DNA of 64,000 nt from Anaerolineae bacterium (lineage in GTDB: Bacteria > Chloroflexota > Anaerolineae > Anaerolineales > Villigracilaceae): the NCBI GenBank assembly GCA_041489005.1, contig JBGPQK010000008.1:6602-70601 (forward strand), given 5' to 3'. The translations under genes and the position numbers were made by a program. A model generated the notes under the pieces. The model was not told the DNA's origin. It saw nothing but the letters and a program-made list of their open reading frames with translations, and did not search any database. Below, in pieces: positions 47,353-55,417 of this stretch (positions within the stretch are counted from its first letter, which is position 1; every line of letters begins with the position of its first letter).

Positions 47353-47542
47353 AGTTGCGGGGGCTGGACTCGAACCAGCGACCTCCAGGTTATGAGCATC
47401 AATTTTGCGTCGCACATTACAGACCGACGGGTTGCTGATTTTGCCTAACCCGGCGGTTTGAGATAAATTGGGGCCCGGCGAGCTAAAGTTGGGTAATCAG
47501 CGACCGGATTCTAGCACGGAAACAATCAGAACGCAAGTTCTG
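47353..47542 (-). repeat. repeat copy 2: conserved arm plus tRNA-Met(CAU) 3' half
   Basis: Same tRNA 3' half as copy 1. Its arm differs from copy 3 at only about 4 positions by hand alignment. Confidence 0.8.
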
Positions 47543-47748
47543 TTCTCTTTCGTAAAGACTAAAGTGAATTGCAATATTCTTCAACTGCTTTAGAGGATAT
47601 ATACCATACCCGCCCATTCTTGATCGCTTCGAGCCGGCCCCTGTAAGCGCAAGAAGACTCAGGTATCCGGAGTGTATGGTGTTCCCTTCACCGCACCAGA
47701 GAGAGGAATCTACATTGAATCCATCTTGGGTTTTTCGGCTTGAGGAAT

Positions 47749-48227
47749 TCAGGCCTCCACATACATCGTCAGGTTGCGCTCGACTGCCCGTCTAACGAAA
47801 TTGACTAATCGCTCAAACTGTCCCCCGTCCGCTAACGCAAGTACGGTTTAGTATTGACGCCGGTTGACGTGGAATATAGCGGTTGGCGGGTACCCGGCGC
47901 GCATCAAAATCAGGTTTATCACATGGCGCGCCGTCCGTCCATTGCCCTCTACAAAAGGATGGATGGAAACCAGACGGAAGTGCGCCAACGCTGCCAATCC
48001 AACAGGATGTGTGGATATTTCTGATTTCTTGAGCCAACCTCCCCACTCATCCATCTTTCGCGCAACTTCCCACGACTCGGACCATAGATACTGGACCAGG
48101 AGATTAGCACCTGGGTTTTCCGGAATTGTCCTGCCTCGTCATTGTCAATGTTGGTCAGTACAAGTTTGTGGATTTGACGAACATGGAACGGCGTAAATGC
48201 CTCCATCCCCGATGCTAGACTTTCCAC
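47749..48227 (-). pseudogene. Fic-domain protein pseudogene
   Basis: The N-terminal part (FHVRQIHKLVL...GQFRKTQV) is in one frame. The Fic motif HPFVEGNGRTARHV is in another frame. An in-frame TAA follows NRRQY, and a recognisable C-terminus (TVLALADGGQFERLVNFV) comes after it. Confidence 0.7.
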
Positions 48228-48301
48228 CTATTCAAGCGCATCCTTATGATTGATGCAGAATCGCTAAGTTGGAAGAGATAGGTTCAGACCTTGAGTTCGC
48301 A

Positions 48302-48751
48302 TCAACCTGCTTCTACTTCGTCAAGCACAATTACGTTTAATTCGATTACCCGTTTAAGGGTATCGTCGTTTGTTAGAAAAGCATCACAGTCAGCTGCAAG
48401 TGCTGCGGCTGCTTGAAACGCATCAGATAGAGTGAGGTTGTAACGAGCGCGCAGATCCGCAGCTTGACTGGCAATCTGGTCCTCAATAACCACAAAGGTC
48501 ATGTTGTCACTTCTGCTCAACATTCGTATAAAGGATTGAGCAACATCCGGTTTCCCCAACCGGAACGGCAGTACCAGACATTCTGAAAGCGTCACCGGAG
48601 AAGCCACGCCCGCAAGAGTCCCATCATCCAGATGTTCAAATACTACCTGCACTTTTTGCAGGTAGTTCCGATTCTTCTCAACGAAATATATTACTGGTGC
48701 TGTATCGAGAAAAATACGATGAACGTTCTTTAGTTTAGAGGAAATCTTCAT
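48302..48751 (-). CDS. vapC: PIN-domain toxin (VapC family)
   Basis: Acidic quartet contexts FLDTAP, LSEC, LSDAFQ and LTND. Overlaps the upstream antitoxin gene by 4 nt. Confidence 0.85.
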   Translation of the reverse strand: MKISSKLKNVHRIFLDTAPVIYFVEKNRNYLQKVQVVFEHLDDGTLAGVASPVTLSECLVLPFRLGKPDVAQSFIRMLSRSDNMTFVVIEDQIASQAADLRARYNLTLSDAFQAAAALAADCDAFLTNDDTLKRVIELNVIVLDEVEAG

Positions 48752-49005
48752 AAATCATGATTCAACTGACGATCACGTTGAGCAGTGTCTTCACGCCGAG
48801 TACGTGAAATATAGGCCTGGGCATCTTCACCGTAAGCAGGGTAGGGTAGCATCCCACGCAAGTGTCGCCATTTAAGAGGTTTACCGTTTTTAGCAGGTAT
48901 CTCTTGTTTTACACCCTCAATCAGGCGCGACGCCAAGGTCAAACGTTCTGCCGGAGTAAGTCGGGCAGCTTGTTTGAGGACATTTTCGATGGATTGAGCA
49001 GCCAT
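48748..49005 (-). CDS. putative VapB-type antitoxin
   Basis: 85-aa ORF translationally coupled to vapC. The call rests on position and size. Confidence 0.6.
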   Translation of the reverse strand: MAAQSIENVLKQAARLTPAERLTLASRLIEGVKQEIPAKNGKPLKWRHLRGMLPYPAYGEDAQAYISRTRREDTAQRDRQLNHDL

Positions 49006-49094
49006 ATGTTAATCCTTTCGTTTTACTCCAATCAACCAATAACATAACCATTATACACTGTTGCGCTTCAGTATTGACAATAATGGATTGTGGT

Positions 49095-51023
49095 TCAACC
49101 GACTCCTACAATATCATACCCCAAGGCTTTATATCCTTTTCTTCGTTTCTCAAACATCCCTTTTAGGACAGGTACTTGTCCATCTACATAATCATAGATA
49201 AGCACATCAGTCTTCAATTCATATAAACGGTGCAATCGGCCAGCATATTGAGCCAATGTTCCACGCCAAGAAATCGGTAGAGCAAGAAAAAGCGTATCCA
49301 AACGCGCGTCATCAAAACCTTCTCCTAAATAGCGTCCCGTGGCTAGAATCAATCGCTCTTCGTTACTCGAGATCCGTCTTAATTGCTCTTCGATGATCTG
49401 TCGTTGTTTTTTACCCATACCGCCCGACATAACAATAACATTTTTAATTTGTGATTTGAGTTTATCTGCCAATAGCGCCAGATGTTCGCGGCGCTCAGTT
49501 AATAGTACAGGCGAACGTCCGCTATGTACAGCAGTGATCACGTCCTCAATAATCAACGCATTCCGTTCCTCGTTACTCGTCAGAGCGCTGTACAAATCCT
49601 GGATTGCCATAGGTGAATAATTTTCCTCCACGGGAGGCGCGCAAAATTCAGTTCGCCTGATAATGACCTTATGACTGAATGGTCTAGCAGCAGCTTGCTT
49701 TCGATCATCTATCCGATATCTTATTGGCCCACACTGCATAAAGACGATGGGTTGGTGACCATCCTTGCGAGTCACTGTTGCTGAAAGCCCCAAAACATAT
49801 TTGGCTTTGGCTTGTCTCGCCACAAGTTCGAAACTGCTGGCGGAAATATGATGGCACTCATCAAAGATGATCTGACCGTATTCTCCAACAAAATCGCTGA
49901 TCTTCCCCTTCTTCCCGAGGCTTTGGATCATAGCAACATCAACCAGTTTAGTAGGCTTGGTCCGTCCACCACCAATTTGACCGATCTCTTTCTTATCCAG
50001 GTTTAAAAACGCACCTAAGCTGGCAATCCATTGATCGAGAAGCTGTCTGCGATGAACAACCACAAGAGTATTAACTTTACGCTGGGCAATCAAATAACAT
50101 GCGACTACTGTTTTTCCGAAGGCCGTTGATGCCGATAACACGCCGGTATCGAACTGCAGTAATCTATCCGCTACAGATTGTTGTTCGGATCGTAATGAAC
50201 CATTGAAATTTACATCGATGGAGTTGCCTTCAAAACGCTCATCTTTTATCACAACCCTGATTTTTAGCGAATTTAACAGCCCCACCACATCCTCAAGACA
50301 CCCTCTTGGTATTCCAAGGTGATTCGGGAATTCTTCGCAGCAACTGATAATGCGAGGTTTGTTATATGTTGAAAGACGCATTGCTTGCGCCTTGTAAAAT
50401 TCCGGATTCTGAAAAGCAGCCAGTCTGATTAAACGGTTACGGAACGAGGGAGATAACCCCTCCTTCGGAATATACACTTGATTGTTTAAGATCAAGGTAA
50501 TTTCTTCAGGAAATGGTCCCAAGATCGGCGCTTCTGTTGAAGTCCTCGATGGTAACATCTTCCAGGGCTCCGCTTCGTTTTCATCCACTAAAGGCATTCG
50601 AATCCCGGTCAATTCACCTTGTTGTTTTTCAGCTTCTTCGACCACCTGTATGATTCTCGTTTTATCTATTCTTTGAACAGTTGAAAAAAACGCCCATTGA
50701 TCTGGGTATGGCACCAAAGTTTGATCGACAAGAACACTGTTTCCGTGATCACGAGGTTTCTTTTGCAATGGTAAAGCGATCAGGTTACCAAATCCTCCCC
50801 TGGGCAATGTATCCTGACTTGGAAAGAGTCGATCATAAGAATCCAACCCCAATTCAGGTCTGCGACGCATGGTTTCGGTAAGTAAAAAAGTACCCACCTT
50901 CCGAGCCAGAACTGCCGATACAGGTTCCGAGAAGTAAATCCATACGTGACCGCCGTTTCCGGACCTCGAGCGTTCTAACACTGCTGGGATATTGCGCAAA
51001 TCGCAGCTCTCAAGAAAAGCCAA
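49095..51023 (-). CDS. SF2 (DEAD/DEAH, ResIII-type) helicase; distal part of an AEP primase-polymerase/helicase fusion
   Basis: AEP motif II RSRSGNGGHVWIYF. Helicase motifs TAFGKTVVA (I), FDECHH (II), LSAT (III) and QYAGRLHR (VI). The annotated TTG start is in frame with ORF 51036-51554 across a single TAG. Confidence 0.8.
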   Translation of the reverse strand: MAFLESCDLRNIPAVLERSRSGNGGHVWIYFSEPVSAVLARKVGTFLLTETMRRRPELGLDSYDRLFPSQDTLPRGGFGNLIALPLQKKPRDHGNSVLVDQTLVPYPDQWAFFSTVQRIDKTRIIQVVEEAEKQQGELTGIRMPLVDENEAEPWKMLPSRTSTEAPILGPFPEEITLILNNQVYIPKEGLSPSFRNRLIRLAAFQNPEFYKAQAMRLSTYNKPRIISCCEEFPNHLGIPRGCLEDVVGLLNSLKIRVVIKDERFEGNSIDVNFNGSLRSEQQSVADRLLQFDTGVLSASTAFGKTVVACYLIAQRKVNTLVVVHRRQLLDQWIASLGAFLNLDKKEIGQIGGGRTKPTKLVDVAMIQSLGKKGKISDFVGEYGQIIFDECHHISASSFELVARQAKAKYVLGLSATVTRKDGHQPIVFMQCGPIRYRIDDRKQAAARPFSHKVIIRRTEFCAPPVEENYSPMAIQDLYSALTSNEERNALIIEDVITAVHSGRSPVLLTERREHLALLADKLKSQIKNVIVMSGGMGKKQRQIIEEQLRRISSNEERLILATGRYLGEGFDDARLDTLFLALPISWRGTLAQYAGRLHRLYELKTDVLIYDYVDGQVPVLKGMFEKRRKGYKALGYDIVGVG

Positions 51024-51035
51024 AGCATCATCAGA

Positions 51036-51554
51036 CTAGGTGGATTTATCAAAATCAACAGCTAAAAACCAGCAGTTTTCATCAATACACATTGGGTAAA
51101 CACCAATTGTAAAGTCCCGACCAGACCGATCGGTCGGATCAGCTCCTAAAAGATGAGAACGGATTACATCATTGCTAAGTGGAATAAAATCTCGGGCTGA
51201 ACATTCAGCGCAAGTAATCTTTGGCTTGAGACAGACGCCATTGACCCATTCATTTCGGCAAACCGGCTGGTATCCAGATTTTCCCGTCCGAACATTCTCA
51301 AACCTGCGCGGAAATGCATCTTCTCGCCCTCTGAACAAAGCACGGAATAGAGCTATTTTTTCTTCCTGATCGGATTGATTATTGACTGCTACATTCGGCA
51401 ATTGGAGCGCAAGTTGAGCCGGCTGATCAAGCAGAGCCTTTTGTTGCCGAAGCTGCTTTATACGCGCTATCAATTCTGCGCGATGGCTGTCTAAAGCAAG
51501 AAGCTCATTATCGGCTTCGGCTAACAGTCGATCTATTTCAATATACGACATCAT
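51036..51554 (-). CDS. N-terminal part of the AEP primase-polymerase/helicase fusion (coiled coil, Cys cluster, AEP motif I)
   Basis: FRGREDAFPRRFEN...GYQPVCRNEW...C..C and the DxD motif FLAVDFDK. It ends at a TAG that is in frame with 49095-51023. Confidence 0.7.
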   Translation of the reverse strand: MMSYIEIDRLLAEADNELLALDSHRAELIARIKQLRQQKALLDQPAQLALQLPNVAVNNQSDQEEKIALFRALFRGREDAFPRRFENVRTGKSGYQPVCRNEWVNGVCLKPKITCAECSARDFIPLSNDVIRSHLLGADPTDRSGRDFTIGVYPMCIDENCWFLAVDFDKST

Positions 51555-51735
51555 ATCTTTATTCTACTGTGAATCTCTAGAGTCTCAGAAGAAGATAATG
51601 TTATATTGGAGGCATCTCACTGCATGGCTATCTAATCAGATTCTTGATTTCTCCACTTTGTTGTAGCAGGGGAAGGATCCGAAGCAATGAGCCGTTAGTT
51701 ACGAGCCCCTAACCTATTCGTATATTTTTAAAGCT

Positions 51736-51759
51736 AAAAAGTGCCTCAAAAGGCACTTT
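51736..51759. terminator. hairpin associated with repeat copy 3
   Basis: AAAGTGCC-TCAAAA-GGCACTTT, homologous to 47306-47331. Confidence 0.5.
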
Positions 51760-51768
51760 CCATTTGGA

Positions 51769-51951
51769 TGGCTTAGGCTTCAACCTTAGACCTCCGGATT
51801 ATGAGCATCAATTTTGCGTCGCACGTTACAGACCGACGGGTTGCTGATTTTGCCTGACCCGGCGGTTTGAGATAAATTGGGGCCCGGCGAGCTAAAGTTG
51901 GGTAATCAGCGACCGGATTCTAGCACGGAAGCAACCAGAACGCAAGTTCTG
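51769..51951 (-). repeat. repeat copy 3: conserved arm plus a degenerate tRNA-like 3' half
   Basis: The arm is nearly identical to copy 2. The tRNA-like part keeps GCTCATAATCCGGAGGTC, but the T-arm and acceptor are diverged (CTAAGGTTGAAGCCTAAGCC). Confidence 0.75.
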
Positions 51952-51991
51952 TGATATACTTACAGCGTAATTACATTCAAGGAGTAAAACA

Positions 51992-52240
51992 ATGTTACGA
52001 AAAGTTTTCAGAACAGGCAACAGCACGGTAGTTTCTTTACCGAAGGATGTAATTGATCCGCTGGGCGTTAGAGATGGTTCGGACGTTTCCGTGGAACTGG
52101 ACCGCGAACACCGTCAAATAATTATCCGACCAGTGGATAAGCCAATCGCCGCAGCCGGCGTGGATGAGGATTTCGCCCGCCAGGTGAGCGAGTTCATTGC
52201 CGAATACCGCCCCGCCCTGAATTCTCTGGCGAAGAAATGA
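51992..52240 (+). CDS. AbrB/MazE/SpoVT-fold antitoxin
   Basis: MLRKVFRTGNSTVVSLPKDV is the swapped-hairpin DNA-binding motif. AAGGAG RBS. Overlaps the doc start. Confidence 0.8.
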   Translation: MLRKVFRTGNSTVVSLPKDVIDPLGVRDGSDVSVELDREHRQIIIRPVDKPIAAAGVDEDFARQVSEFIAEYRPALNSLAKK

Positions 52241-52629
52241 AATATCTGACTTCCGAACAGGTATTATTCATTCATGCACGCCTGATCGCTGAAACGGGAG
52301 GCAGCCACGGGGTGCGTGACCTGGTCCGGCTGGAATCGGCGGTAGCCCGCCCGCAGGCCGCGTTTGGCGGCAAAGAATTGTATCCGGATGTGTTCCTGAA
52401 GGCGGCCGCATTGCTGGATTCGCTGATCAACAACCACCCTTTTGTGGACGGCAACAAACGGACCGGGATCACTGTCGCAGCGCTTTTTTTGCAGGCCAAC
52501 GGTCGACAATTGACAGCCAATCCCGCCGAACTCGAAGAATTTACCCTGCAGGCAGCCACTTCTCATCCCGACCTTCCCATTCTTGCCGATTGGCTCCATC
52601 GGCAGAGTCAGAATACGGGGAAAAAATAA
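52237..52629 (+). CDS. doc: death-on-curing (Doc) family toxin, Fic fold
   Basis: HPFVDGNKRTG Doc-type Fic motif, 130 aa. Confidence 0.85.
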   Translation: MKYLTSEQVLFIHARLIAETGGSHGVRDLVRLESAVARPQAAFGGKELYPDVFLKAAALLDSLINNHPFVDGNKRTGITVAALFLQANGRQLTANPAELEEFTLQAATSHPDLPILADWLHRQSQNTGKK

Positions 52630-52737
52630 TCCAAAGATAGGATGGCCCTCACCACACGCGACCCTGCTTTTCAATTCTGGTTAACAAACAGGAATCAAGA
52701 ATAAGACCTCAATATCGGTTTCGGGTAAGATAAGCAC

Positions 52738-55329
52738 CTATAGTATCTTTTGGATCAAGCTGAAATAATCAATTTCTACCGGTCTGAGGTTTTCAGATAA
52801 CAACGTACCCCGAGTCTCCACCTGAAGCAGTGTTTTACTCCGGCACTTGAATCCGTCAAACTGATTCGGGTTGACCAGGACTACGCGAGACTCGCCTTGA
52901 GGTAGGATTAACTCAACTGCCCCAGCACCGGTGATGGTCTCGATCAGCCCGGTCATGTGGTTGGTAGTAAGTATCAGTTCGGGAGCAGACAAGCTGGTAA
53001 CATCCTGGTTTTGTTCTTTAATCATGGTGGCGATTCTCCACTTGGTCACCGTATCCATTTTTGCACGCTTTAACAGGCGCATCACGAGTGTTTCTACTGA
53101 GGAAGCGGGTGCGAGGATGAAGCGATTTATCGTGTGGATCTCAACCGTCAGGTCCTGATCGACCCCCATTACAAGAGGTCCGAAGACCACAGTGCGGCTG
53201 ACTTTTTCATAGACTATCGGTAGGTCCAGAATCTTTCCATTGACAGCCGCGCTGTGACCGTCTGGTTGTTCTACACCCCGGATGAGGATACGATAAGTTC
53301 GTTGTTGAGGAATGCATTTTATATCACCGGCAGCAGGTGAAATTCGAACCGAAATTGAATTATCTGTCCAGCTCGAAATGAATTCCGTGCAACAACCGCC
53401 TTTCTGCCGGTACTCCAACGAAACACCGTCATCCTCATACAACTTGAAAGAACCACTATTGCCAGGGAATACAATGAGATCGATAGCATCCGGATTGGCA
53501 ACACCGTTACGAGTGGTTTCAGCTTGTAAAGGCAGGATGGCACCCGCGCGAGCAAAAAGGGGAATTTCGGATAGTCCATAATATTGGATCTTCCACTGCG
53601 GGCCGCTGAAACGCTCACCGTTAAAGAAATCAAACCATTCGCCCGGAGGAAACCAGATAATCTGGCGGCTCTGATTTAGATCCGGGTCGACGGGCGTTGT
53701 GACTGGTGCGGCCATCAGTTCACTGCCCAACAGATACTGGCCACCAGCCAGGAAAGCGGATTCCTCACCCGGCCAATCGTAGTAAAGTGGGGTAATTAGA
53801 GGCAATCCTTCTTGCTCATTTCGTCTCGCCATTGTGTAAAGGTATGGTATTAGAGCGTGCCTGAACTGCATTGCCTGCCGGGTCAATCTCAGAATTTCAG
53901 CATCAAAAGCCCATGGCTGATGGTCGATGAAGTTATCTTTGGTACAGTGCAGCCGGAAAATTGGGCTGATAACTCCGAACTGTACCCATCGGGTGTAAAG
54001 TTCGCTGTCTTCCATCCCGCGCATGTGACCGCCAATATCATGGCTCCACCAGCCGTAGGCCGCATTGGCTGCGGTAGCGGTGAAATAGGGTTGATAAGTC
54101 AGCGCTTTCCAGGTTATGATCGTATCACCGGAAAAACCGATCGGGTAACGGTGGTTACCGGGGCCGCCCCAGCGGGAGAAGATCGCCGGGCGTTTTTTTC
54201 CACCGCGCACCAGGTCATAAAAATGGAGATGGTTCAACCACCAGAGAGGATCCAGACTAGGGATGGAGGTGCTCTTGCCCTGTTGCCAGTCGATCCACCA
54301 GAAATCTACCCCCTCCATTTCAAGCGGGTGGAGCATTTGGTCAAAAAAAACCTGGGCGAACCGCTGGTCAGCAATATCAAAGGGAATGATTTCTTTCTTT
54401 TCCGGGTCCAAACCCAGGGCAAGAGCCGCCTGCGGGTATTTCTCTTCATGCGGGTGAATGCCCTCAGCCGGGTGCAAGTTGAGCGAGGTAATCAATCCTT
54501 GATTGTGTAACCAATTCAGCAATCCGGGAGGATCAGGGAAGAGGGATCGATTCCAGCTATATCCTGTCCAGCCGCTGCAGGTGTTGCCAGTTTCGGTGAT
54601 ATGCCAATCCATGTCAATGATAAATACTGAAAGGGGGATCTGTTCCAGGTGAAAACGTTTTACCAGGAGCTCAATTTCTTCCTGTGAATATTCCCAGTAA
54701 CGGGACCACCAATTTCCGAGAAAGGCGCGCGGCAGCAGGGAAGGTGTTCCAGCAACCCGCTGATAATCCTGCAGGGCTGCTTTGTAATCCTGTCCATAAA
54801 TCAACAGATAAAGGTCTCGGTAACCGGTTTGAACAGGGCGCGGCTCCAACCAGCCGCCGGAATTGAATATCAGGCTGAGGCTATCATCCAGCTGTACCCA
54901 ACCTGCACGGGAGATCAATCCCAGCTGAAGTTGCACAGGTCCGTTGGTTTCGTCCAGCGTGCGGGCTGTGCCAGGCAGAAGCCCCGGGTTTGGATCATCA
55001 ATATGAATGATTGCGCCGGTCTTTTTTATGACCATCTTCAGGGAGTCGTGGGTGAGCCCTTCGGGCGTATCTTTGAATGTAAACTGAAAAGTATCCGTTT
55101 CGATGGACAAGGTTTGTTTTTTTGGATGGAGGTCTGCTTTCGGGAGTGGTTGGCGCCGGAACCAAAATACCTGCGAAGGCCGGTCTTCGAACTGACCCAT
55201 GGGACTGGACTCGATGCGGATCATACGCGAGGTGAGCAGGGTGAAGCGCACCGTCGGGAATTGAAATACCGTTTTAGGGTCAGCTTGAGCGGAGGAAATA
55301 GAGGGAGTGAAGAATTCCAAAGCAGGCAT
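52738..55329 (-). CDS. glycoside hydrolase family 31
   Basis: GVDFWWIDWQQG, GFSGDTIITW and WVQFGVISPIFRLH. Start set at the ATG preceded by AAGGAGAG (MPALEFF). Confidence 0.8.
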   Translation of the reverse strand: MPALEFFTPSISSAQADPKTVFQFPTVRFTLLTSRMIRIESSPMGQFEDRPSQVFWFRRQPLPKADLHPKKQTLSIETDTFQFTFKDTPEGLTHDSLKMVIKKTGAIIHIDDPNPGLLPGTARTLDETNGPVQLQLGLISRAGWVQLDDSLSLIFNSGGWLEPRPVQTGYRDLYLLIYGQDYKAALQDYQRVAGTPSLLPRAFLGNWWSRYWEYSQEEIELLVKRFHLEQIPLSVFIIDMDWHITETGNTCSGWTGYSWNRSLFPDPPGLLNWLHNQGLITSLNLHPAEGIHPHEEKYPQAALALGLDPEKKEIIPFDIADQRFAQVFFDQMLHPLEMEGVDFWWIDWQQGKSTSIPSLDPLWWLNHLHFYDLVRGGKKRPAIFSRWGGPGNHRYPIGFSGDTIITWKALTYQPYFTATAANAAYGWWSHDIGGHMRGMEDSELYTRWVQFGVISPIFRLHCTKDNFIDHQPWAFDAEILRLTRQAMQFRHALIPYLYTMARRNEQEGLPLITPLYYDWPGEESAFLAGGQYLLGSELMAAPVTTPVDPDLNQSRQIIWFPPGEWFDFFNGERFSGPQWKIQYYGLSEIPLFARAGAILPLQAETTRNGVANPDAIDLIVFPGNSGSFKLYEDDGVSLEYRQKGGCCTEFISSWTDNSISVRISPAAGDIKCIPQQRTYRILIRGVEQPDGHSAAVNGKILDLPIVYEKVSRTVVFGPLVMGVDQDLTVEIHTINRFILAPASSVETLVMRLLKRAKMDTVTKWRIATMIKEQNQDVTSLSAPELILTTNHMTGLIETITGAGAVELILPQGESRVVLVNPNQFDGFKCRSKTLLQVETRGTLLSENLRPVEIDYFSLIQKIL

Positions 55330-55386
55330 GATTCTCTCCTTGAGAGGGTATTGACAATTCCAAAAATAATCGTATAATGATATACA

Positions 55387-55407
55387 TAGTTCGTTCAATA
55401 AACAAAG
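55387..55407. promoter_or_regulatory. candidate operator motif, copy A (divergent GH31/ROK promoter region)
   Basis: TAGTTCGTTCAATAAACAAAG. The same 21-mer with one mismatch recurs at 56640-56660. Confidence 0.45.
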
Positions 55408-55417
55408 AAATTATATC

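Noticed and set aside
51036-51038. Programmed decoding of the in-frame TAG (pyrrolysine or suppressor tRNA) in the PrimPol-helicase gene.
   Set aside because: No pyl genes or CUA-anticodon tRNA are visible. The tRNA-like repeats carry CAU, not CUA. A neighbouring Fic gene is clearly decaying. A simple TGG-to-TAG nonsense mutation or a sequencing error is more parsimonious.
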